A DNA stretch of 38,065 nt from an uncultured Ruminococcus sp. (GTDB lineage Bacteria > Bacillota > Clostridia > Oscillospirales > Ruminococcaceae): contig CAMNJD010000565.1 of NCBI GenBank assembly GCA_946540705.1, forward strand, positions 1 through 38,065. Direction: 5' to 3'. Made by a program: the position numbers and the translations under genes. A model generated the notes under the pieces. That model saw only the letters and a list, made by a program, of their open reading frames with translations. It was not told where the DNA came from and did no database searches. Positions 1 to 5,942 of the stretch are shown one piece after another. Position 1 is the stretch's first letter, and each line of letters opens with the position of its first letter.

Positions 1-18
1 ATTTTTTCGACGGGGGTA

Positions 19-360
19 TTACCATTTTTCATCGTTTGTGTAGCCGGTGTGCCGCGCATATAGCCCGCGCTCGTGTACTCGCTCGTGGCAATCGTGACAG
101 AGCGGCATGAGTTGCATTTGCTCCTCTCCGTTGTCGTCGGTGTACGTCCTGCTGTATGCCAGCTCCGGATAATCCTTGAGGTGGCGGACATGATGCACGA
201 GCGTCGCAGCCGTCAGCCTGTGTTCCACCTTGCACATCAGGCATTCACCGTGATTCTCTTTGATGATCTCTTTCGACAGTCTGCGCCAGTATCGGTCGTT
301 ATAAAATTCTTCGACGCATCCGGCGGTGATGAGCTGCTGGATCTGCTCCGGTGTGTACAT
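19..360 (-). CDS. HNH endonuclease (packaging-associated, cos-phage type)
   Basis: Track ORF 19..474. Start moved to the ATG at 360 (MYTPEQIQ, GGAG 9 nt upstream) because the upstream 38 codons run through the intergenic palindrome. Cys/His HNH signature GECLMCK...LVHHVRHL...NGEEQMQLMPLCHDCHERVH. Adjacent to terS/terL if the window ends are joined. Confidence 0.85.
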   Translation of the reverse strand: MYTPEQIQQLITAGCVEEFYNDRYWRRLSKEIIKENHGECLMCKVEHRLTAATLVHHVRHLKDYPELAYSRTYTDDNGEEQMQLMPLCHDCHERVHERGLYARHTGYTNDEKW

Positions 361-442
361 CGCTATACGCTCCAAACAAAAGCACCCAAGCCGTAACTTG
401 AGTGCTTTCGCAATATTCAAAATCTGACAGAGCAGGAAAAGA

Positions 443-456
443 GCAGGTGCACCTGC
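443..456. promoter_or_regulatory. perfect 14-bp palindrome GCAGGTGCACCTGC between the late activator gene and the HNH gene
   Basis: Read directly. On the coding (minus) strand it is followed by TCTTTTCC. Either a weak terminator or a protein-binding site at the head of the late operon. Confidence 0.3.
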
Positions 457-509
457 CGGAAAAGCTGCTTTCACTCTGTCGCTTTTCTACAAGTACAGTA
501 TAGCACAGA

Positions 510-902
510 TCAAGTGGGAACTTCAATGCACTCTTTTACGGCCTGCAATGCTTTGCCGTGCATTTTTGTAACGCCGCGGTAGCTGTAATGCATATCGACA
601 GCGATCTGCTCCCATGTCTTACCGTTAATGTATCGCTCATAAAGCAGCGTCCGGTACGGCTCAGGCATCCGGCCAATCGTGCAGGCGATCTCAGTCTCCA
701 GACGGCACAGCTTTGCGACTTCGGCGGAGACTTTCCGCTCTGTATCCATAAGATTTGCAACGGCTGCATCCAGCTCGACACGGTGACCGTCCTCTGTGCG
801 CAGGTTCTCTGCAATCGCCCGAAGCTCCGCAAGGTGATCGCTGATCGCGTGTGTCCTCTTGATTGCATGACCGTACTGCTGCAAGTATTCCTTCGCTGTC
901 AT
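510..902 (-). CDS. late-gene transcriptional activator, sigma-70 region-4-like HTH (DUF1492 / RinA-ArpU class)
   Basis: 130 aa. The C-terminal PEPYRTLLYERYINGKTWEQIAVDMHYSYRGVTKMHGKALQAV resembles the region-4 HTH of small phage activators found just upstream of HNH/terminase genes. Family assignment from memory. Confidence 0.6.
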   Translation of the reverse strand: MTAKEYLQQYGHAIKRTHAISDHLAELRAIAENLRTEDGHRVELDAAVANLMDTERKVSAEVAKLCRLETEIACTIGRMPEPYRTLLYERYINGKTWEQIAVDMHYSYRGVTKMHGKALQAVKECIEVPT

Positions 903-1024
903 TCGTCATCGTCCTCTCTTTCTCTGACCATCAGCCACACGATCAGCAGCAGCGCTGTCTCGATTGCCAGCGTGCCGATTGCACCGACGGCAATGCCAAT
1001 CAGTAACGCAATATTATCCATCAT
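899..1024 (-). CDS. small single-pass membrane protein (41 aa)
   Basis: Below the track cutoff, translated by hand: MMDNIALLIGIAVGAIGTLAIETALLLIVWLMVREREDDDE. GGAGGGAG lies 6-7 nt upstream. The stop TGA overlaps the ATG of 510..902 (ATGA). Confidence 0.45.
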   Translation of the reverse strand: MMDNIALLIGIAVGAIGTLAIETALLLIVWLMVREREDDDE

Positions 1025-1047
1025 GTATGTCTCCCTCCATCATAAAC

Positions 1048-1857
1048 TTAACTGCCGCATCCAGACGGACACGCTCGCCGCTCTGCCGTTTCAGGCTGCC
1101 ACACTCTGTTCGCAGCTCCTCGCAGTTCCGCCATCATGATTTTGTCGAGCCGGTTTACAAGCCGCCGCACTTCCCAGATTGGTGAGAACCAGACCGGTGT
1201 ATACCAGATATCTTCGCCGTTATCGCTGTCGAGCATCGGATGCAGCAGAGAATCTCCGATTTTAATTTTTGCTGCAAAACCAAGCAACGACAATTGCACA
1301 TAACACATCATTGCAGACACCTGCGATAAATCCTGCGCAAAAAGGCAGATGTAATCCTGACCGTTCGCCCCTGAATTTATCGTCTTTCTCAAAAACTCAT
1401 TCCCCGCGGCAATCAGAAGCGCGCCGCCGCCGCAAGCACAATCGCACACAGTAACTGGCTTGATTTCTTCCAGTGTGATTTTGTCCGGGAACTGCATTTG
1501 CGCCATTGCTGCGCACACATTGTAAGGCGTAAAAAACTGCCCATGCCAGTGAGAGCCGAGATCCAGGCTCATGTAAAGATCACCGAGAAAATCCTGTTCT
1601 CGGTCAGCCTCCAACTGCATGGCGATCTCCCCGAAGATCTGCGGGAACACCTGCATTTCATCCTTCGTGTACTTGTGTACGATGCCAATATAGGCGGCTT
1701 CCCGCTTCTCACGGAAGCGGCTGTCCACCGTGTTGGAAATCGACAGTGCAAACATCGTCATGCTGTCCTGCCACAGCTCCCATAGTTGGTGCGAACCGAT
1801 CAGGGAGTTGTACATCTTGACAATCCCGGCATACTGCTGTTTAGTTACCTTTGCCAT
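1048..1857 (-). CDS. HsdM-like N6-adenine methyltransferase fragment lacking catalytic motif IV
   Basis: 269 aa from the ATG at 1857 (TAATG overlap with the recombinase stop). Has DFLGDLY...GQFFTP, motif I VCDCACGGGALL, acidic AQDLS and IKIGDSL. Where (N/D)PP(F/Y/W) is expected it reads YTPVWF, and the protein ends 44 aa later. Confidence 0.7.
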   Translation of the reverse strand: MAKVTKQQYAGIVKMYNSLIGSHQLWELWQDSMTMFALSISNTVDSRFREKREAAYIGIVHKYTKDEMQVFPQIFGEIAMQLEADREQDFLGDLYMSLDLGSHWHGQFFTPYNVCAAMAQMQFPDKITLEEIKPVTVCDCACGGGALLIAAGNEFLRKTINSGANGQDYICLFAQDLSQVSAMMCYVQLSLLGFAAKIKIGDSLLHPMLDSDNGEDIWYTPVWFSPIWEVRRLVNRLDKIMMAELRGAANRVWQPETAERRACPSGCGS

Positions 1858-2660
1858 TACCAATTCACCGCCTTGTCCACTGCATCTTTTTGTTGTTCCT
1901 GTGATTGCCGCAGATATATCTGGGTAACATTTACACTACCGTGGCCTAAAATATCTGCCAGTAATGCAATGTCGTTTTTTCTCTTCAAAAACTCGATAGC
2001 GAAGAAATGCCGAAAGGAATGTGCGTGCATCACTTCACGGGGAATGTGATATTTTTCTGCGAAGATTTTCAGCCTATTATTTACGGCTTCTTTCGACACA
2101 CCTTTACTGCGGATCGTGCGCAGGACAAGTTCATCATCGGCGAGTGCAGAGAGATATTCCTGCATTTCATCGACAAGCGATTTCGGAAAATAGATTGTTC
2201 GCATATGTGCCTTGGTCGGCATTGTAACGCTGCCTTTCTGAATATCTTTCTTTGTGATTCTCCTCGCTTCTGAGATGCGCATACCCGTCTTTGAAAGCAG
2301 CAGGATGTTGAAATACCACACAATATTGCCATCAGCTTTCAGGCCTTCTAGAAGACGCTCGACCTGCTCAGAGGTGATGACATTGTCGATGTATGTTTTC
2401 CTCTGTTCCTTAATTTGCTTGACACGCATCGGTATTTCTTTGAATTTGCAGTATTGCAGGATCGCTGTGATCCTGTTGTTGACCGTCTTTGGCTTTAGCC
2501 CTTTTTCGATCAGGCTCTGCTTGAATGCAATCAGATTCGGCTTTGTGATCTCGTCATACTGTTCCGAATACTGCTGTAATCCCGTCAAATAGACTTTAAT
2601 CGTGTTCTTGGATAATTCCTCTTCATAAAGATAGTTTCGGAATCCATCAAAGTCAATCAC
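1857..2660 (-). CDS. small XerC/D-like tyrosine recombinase (267 aa)
   Basis: Track ORF 1857..2951. Start set at GTG 2660 (AAGGAGG 9 nt upstream), just after the stop of 2665..3066. Catalytic residues are visible: MRISEA (R), HSFRH (HxxR), LGHGS (H), TQIYL (Y). AT-rich relative to neighbours. Confidence 0.85.
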   Translation of the reverse strand: MIDFDGFRNYLYEEELSKNTIKVYLTGLQQYSEQYDEITKPNLIAFKQSLIEKGLKPKTVNNRITAILQYCKFKEIPMRVKQIKEQRKTYIDNVITSEQVERLLEGLKADGNIVWYFNILLLSKTGMRISEARRITKKDIQKGSVTMPTKAHMRTIYFPKSLVDEMQEYLSALADDELVLRTIRSKGVSKEAVNNRLKIFAEKYHIPREVMHAHSFRHFFAIEFLKRKNDIALLADILGHGSVNVTQIYLRQSQEQQKDAVDKAVNW

Positions 2661-2664
2661 TTCA

Positions 2665-3066
2665 TCATTCCTCCTTACGCCACATATTCCCAGATCTTTT
2701 CTTTCTGCGGTCTCTGTCCATATTCGGAAGCGCGTTCCTGATATGATGCACCGGTGGCCTGCGATCTGTCCGGCTGTCGGCAGCGCGGATGTAACGAACC
2801 GGCTTCCAGCGCCTGCGCGGCGGTGTCTCGTATTGCTCTTGCGTAGCATCGGCAAGTGCATTACAGATATTAGGTAAGGTATCGTTAAGGAATTGACCAA
2901 TGCATTCAACGATTTTCCGAAAAGCATCCGCGATAGCCTCAACTGCTTCACGGACGGACTCTATAACCCGATCAATATGCAGCGGATACCAATAGCGCCC
3001 GATGTGAAAAAACAGATCGTCTAACATGATCCATTCGGAGCAGCTCCATTCTGTTACTTCATTCAT
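2665..3066 (-). CDS. hypothetical protein (133 aa, basic C-terminus)
   Basis: Track ORF 2665..3093. Start set at ATG 3066 (GTGAGGTG 6 nt upstream). No recognisable motif. Confidence 0.6.
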   Translation of the reverse strand: MNEVTEWSCSEWIMLDDLFFHIGRYWYPLHIDRVIESVREAVEAIADAFRKIVECIGQFLNDTLPNICNALADATQEQYETPPRRRWKPVRYIRAADSRTDRRPPVHHIRNALPNMDRDRRKKRSGNMWRKEE

Positions 3067-3199
3067 TCCGCACCTCACTTCTGAGCCATTCAATCATACC
3101 GTCTGCTCGACCTCTTATCCCTGCACACTTCATCTCGGTGAATGCAGTAATCACATTCGATTGCCTTCGCCATCGGTCGCGTTTTCTTGAAACTGCCAT
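3059..3199 (-). CDS. small basic protein (46 aa)
   Basis: Hand translation MAVSRKRDRWRRQSNVITAFTEMKCAGIRGRADGMIEWLRSEVRNE. AGGAG lies 10 nt upstream. Fills an otherwise empty gap and overlaps the next start by 8 nt. Confidence 0.3.
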   Translation of the reverse strand: MAVSRKRDRWRRQSNVITAFTEMKCAGIRGRADGMIEWLRSEVRNE

Positions 3200-3205
3200 T
3201 TATTT

Positions 3206-3556
3206 CTATCTCCTTTCGTTTCCTGCCTGATCATCACATAACGATTCTTTGAATTCAATACCATAGGCATCTTTCAGATGATTCAGCGCATCGCGTGTTG
3301 TGACTTCCCGCCCCATGATGCCTGTCGCCATCATCCTGCACACTTCTTCCACCTGACCGTGAAATTTCCGCAGCCGTTTCCGTTTCCAGCCCATCCATTC
3401 CAGTGCGATGAAGCAAACAGCCATAGCCTGCTTAAACACATCCCACTCCACTTTTTCGTAGATCTCGTCCTTGTACTGTGTCAAAGCACTTTCCACATCC
3501 GCCTGAATTTTATTATCAAGTTTCGATTTGCTGTATGTTTGCCAGTATGCCCGCAT
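3206..3556 (-). CDS. hypothetical protein (116 aa)
   Basis: Track ORF 3206..3565. Start moved to ATG 3556 (GGAGG 9 nt upstream). No recognisable motif. Confidence 0.6.
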   Translation of the reverse strand: MRAYWQTYSKSKLDNKIQADVESALTQYKDEIYEKVEWDVFKQAMAVCFIALEWMGWKRKRLRKFHGQVEEVCRMMATGIMGREVTTRDALNHLKDAYGIEFKESLCDDQAGNERR

Positions 3557-3558
3557 AG

Positions 3559-3687
3559 TCACCATCCTCCCTCGTACAGCATTATCGCAGACAGCACTGC
3601 CATATCAGCAGCAACAGCACAGCCGGCAGTTATCGCATCAACGAACGCCAAAAAAATCACTGAATAATAATCAATCGCTGTCTTCAT
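3559..3687 (-). CDS. small hydrophobic membrane protein (42 aa)
   Basis: Hand translation MKTAIDYYSVIFLAFVDAITAGCAVAADMAVLSAIMLYEGGW. GGGAG lies 5 nt upstream. Its 3-prime end supplies the RBS of the next gene. Confidence 0.45.
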   Translation of the reverse strand: MKTAIDYYSVIFLAFVDAITAGCAVAADMAVLSAIMLYEGGW

Positions 3688-4090
3688 GTGAACTCCCTTT
3701 CTTTGCCGCAAGTCTCGCAGCAGCATATCTGTAAATTTCACGCAGATGATACAGCGCGCCGGAATACAGCCGCGGAAGCTCGTCCGGATTGTCGGTGATA
3801 AACAGGCGGTTCCGGCATCCGTCCAGCATATCGCTCTCGATGTTTGCGTGCTGCCGACTCGGCGGCTTATCGTCCGGCGGAACCGGCTCGACAGGAAAGA
3901 CATCGTTCATTCCGGTGATGACAACACTGCGCGTTTTCGGATCCGACAGCTCACACTCGTAAAAGATCCCGAACTTGTCGCCCTTCCGGATGATGCAGCC
4001 GGTCAGGATATACTCTCCGTCGAGGAGCAGCCGTTCATTAAGCACCCGCACCCGCCGTCCGAGGTTCTGCTTGACCTCTGAAATATCCAT
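3671..4090 (-). CDS. hypothetical protein (139 aa)
   Basis: Track ORF 3671..4159. Start at ATG 4090 (GAGGTG 6 nt upstream, MDISEVKQNLG). Confidence 0.6.
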   Translation of the reverse strand: MDISEVKQNLGRRVRVLNERLLLDGEYILTGCIIRKGDKFGIFYECELSDPKTRSVVITGMNDVFPVEPVPPDDKPPSRQHANIESDMLDGCRNRLFITDNPDELPRLYSGALYHLREIYRYAAARLAAKKGSSHEDSD

Positions 4091-4188
4091 GCTGCTCACC
4101 TCATTCCGAGAACTGGATTTTCTGTGGATGCTTCCTTTCCCACTCCGCCGCACGGACACGGTTTCAGTTCAGCCACTGTCAGCACCTC

Positions 4189-4578
4189 CTATACGCTTTG
4201 ATATTCAAGTGATTCCATGACCGCTATATTTTCTTCTGTTGGTTCGATTCCAAGTCTGTCACATAGCTTTATGCGCAGTCTGTGTTTGACTATCACGAAA
4301 ATAAAGTTCGCAATTGCAGTGCAGCATGAATTTATCACAAGTACAGCGGCAATCTTGACAGTATCATTCATTTTGATGTTATCCACAAGCATTGTCGCAA
4401 GGATCATAAACGCGCCGAGCAGTATGTTGTATGGCGCACTTTCGACAAGGTTGATTTTTGCTGATCGTATCTCACACCATACTGGTGTCTTTCCACGCTC
4501 TATGTTCTGTTTCACACGGTCAAATTCTTTCTTGTATCGCACTAAATCCTGCTCTTTTTTGGCAAAAAGATAATACAT
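4189..4578 (-). CDS. two-pass membrane protein (129 aa), AT-rich insert
   Basis: GGAGG lies 7 nt upstream. Two hydrophobic spans (APYNILLGAFMILATMLV, VKIAAVLVINSCCTAIANFIFVIV). A sampled 60-nt line is about 37 percent GC. Confidence 0.7.
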   Translation of the reverse strand: MYYLFAKKEQDLVRYKKEFDRVKQNIERGKTPVWCEIRSAKINLVESAPYNILLGAFMILATMLVDNIKMNDTVKIAAVLVINSCCTAIANFIFVIVKHRLRIKLCDRLGIEPTEENIAVMESLEYQSV

Positions 4579-4581
4579 TCA

Positions 4582-4875
4582 TTAACCTCCGTCCATACGA
4601 GCGCCGCAATGTGGGCAGTAATCTGTTTCAAGGCATTCTCCGTCAGATCCTTCTGCATCCGTTCCGCAAGCTGTGCAGTAGCACCAGTCATCCTCATGTC
4701 TGTAATTCCACCGCCCGTGCCGCACTTCCGTCTTGATTGTGGGCATCTCTTTCACAAATTCTTCAATTAGACCTATCACTTGCACAGCAGCTTCGCCGAA
4801 TGCCGACACATATTCATCAGGCTTGATTCTTGCAAGATATGCAAGCAGGTATTTTCTGTCAATCGGTTCCAGCAT
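4582..4875 (-). CDS. zinc-ribbon-like protein (97 aa)
   Basis: AGGAGGTG lies 7 nt upstream. C-terminal CYCTAC...CPHC. Confidence 0.65.
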   Translation of the reverse strand: MLEPIDRKYLLAYLARIKPDEYVSAFGEAAVQVIGLIEEFVKEMPTIKTEVRHGRWNYRHEDDWCYCTACGTDAEGSDGECLETDYCPHCGARMDGG

Positions 4876-5143
4876 CTTCGCTCACCTCCTGTTTGAGCCA
4901 TTCAAGGTTTCCGGCAATGCATCCGTCGCCATATCCGCTATCGCATTTGCCGTTGTTGTATGCACACCGATAGCATGCTGTTCCGATTGCGCTCAACAGT
5001 TCTTCCTCGTCCGTCATCTGACGGATGCGGTCGGCGTTCGTCATAGGCTTACAATCTTCGCACAGTTCTCCGTTCACGATCAAGGCGCCGCATTTATTGC
5101 AATGCTTATACGGCTTGATCATCGACTTTCTGCTCATTGTCAT
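4859..5143 (-). CDS. zinc-ribbon-like protein (about 94 aa)
   Basis: Track ORF 4859..5275. Start at ATG 5143 or 5137, just after the rusA stop and following GAAGGAG. Contains CNKC...CEDC and further Cys pairs. Confidence 0.6.
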   Translation of the reverse strand: MTMSRKSMIKPYKHCNKCGALIVNGELCEDCKPMTNADRIRQMTDEEELLSAIGTACYRCAYNNGKCDSGYGDGCIAGNLEWLKQEVSEDAGTD

Positions 5144-5144
5144 A

Positions 5145-5657
5145 TCACTCCTTCCCAGCTCGGCATTCGCAGCCGGTACGCGGATCGCAGATAAAAAATC
5201 CGTCCAGCTTGCAAGTGCATCCTTCTGCGTCCCAGTCTGCATACACACATTCATGGCAGCCCTGCTTCTTGACATTCGGTTTCAGTTCCTCGATCCGGAC
5301 ATAGATGCCCGGCGTCGCAGACCAGAACTTTTCCGTGATGCCGGACGCGATGATGCAATCGTCTTTCCAGTAGCCGAGTTTCGTCATGATATCATTCATC
5401 GCTTTCGGCAAGTTGTCGTAATCCGGCTTGTTTGTGTACCACTCTCCGTCATAGTGCTTGCCTTTGATCGGGAACATCCACTTGACGATCAGGCGGATCG
5501 CTCCGGTGTACGGCTTCGGCGGGATGTGCCGAGCCAAGTGTGAAGTCAACTTCCCCTCTGTGTCAGCATTCGCACGGTCGTATGAGATCACCTTGCCGCC
5601 TTTCGTCTTCCCCCACCCGCGGGCTTGCTTCGTCGCAGTCGGCGGGATCATCGGCAT
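5145..5657 (-). CDS. rusA: RusA-family Holliday junction resolvase with Cys-rich C-terminal tail
   Basis: PPTATKQ N-terminus and the hallmark DYDNLPKAMNDIMTKLGYWKDD (DxDNLxKxxxD). Start at ATG 5657 or 5651 is uncertain because the RBS is weak. The tail reads CHEC...CTC...CDPRTGCEC. Confidence 0.75.
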   Translation of the reverse strand: MPMIPPTATKQARGWGKTKGGKVISYDRANADTEGKLTSHLARHIPPKPYTGAIRLIVKWMFPIKGKHYDGEWYTNKPDYDNLPKAMNDIMTKLGYWKDDCIIASGITEKFWSATPGIYVRIEELKPNVKKQGCHECVYADWDAEGCTCKLDGFFICDPRTGCECRAGKE

Positions 5658-5748
5658 GAAGAACTCTGTCACTGATTTTGCTCCCTTCTGCGCGCCGGTC
5701 TGGCAGCGCGGATATTTATGCAATATTTTTTTGGGCGCTCTCAAGCCC

Positions 5749-5942
5749 AAAAAATATATATAAATATATATACGGTTTGAGCTCAAACCTCAAATATCGG
5801 TAAAACGCCTTTTTTTGAGCTTATAGCTCAAATATCGGTAAATCGCCCTTTTTTGAGCTGAGCGCAAATATCGGTAAAATGCCGATTTTTGAGCTCACAC
5901 CTCAGAGCTCAAATCACCGATTTTTGAGCTTGCTTTGAGCCC
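5749..5942. repeat. origin-like region: AT tract, 16-bp palindrome and 3.5 tandem units of about 35 bp (iterons)
   Basis: AAAAAATATATATAAATATATATA (5749-5773). GGTTTGAGCTCAAACC (5774-5789). Units at 5789-5821, 5825-5859 and 5861-5895 share (A)GCTCAAATATCGGTAAAAnGCC...TTTTTGAGCT. A degenerate unit sits at 5906-5930 and a half-site at 5934-5940. TTTGAGCT recurs at 5776, 5814, 5852, 5888, 5923 and 5934. Confidence 0.6.

Noticed and set aside
1857-2951. N-terminal extensions of track ORFs. This is one example; others are 19..474, 2665..3093, 3671..4159, 5145..5786, 17610..18107, 19023..20108, 20695..21147, 22897..23763, 31712..32257 and 34236..35009
   Set aside because: The extensions overlap the preceding gene in another frame or run through intergenic or origin sequence. 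Internal ATG/GTG codons with well-spaced AGGAGG-type sites give compact operon geometry.
5731-5750. Hairpin TTGGGC-8 nt-GCCCAA considered as an intrinsic terminator upstream of rusA
   Set aside because: On both strands the T-run precedes the stem and an A-run follows it, so it lacks the 3-prime U-tract. It may be part of the origin region instead.
5789-5930. Tandem repeats of about 35 bp considered as a CRISPR array
   Set aside because: The units share a conserved interior (AAATATCGGTAAAA) rather than unique spacers. There are only 3.5 copies, part of the array lies inside a coding region, and no cas genes are present. The layout fits iterons better.
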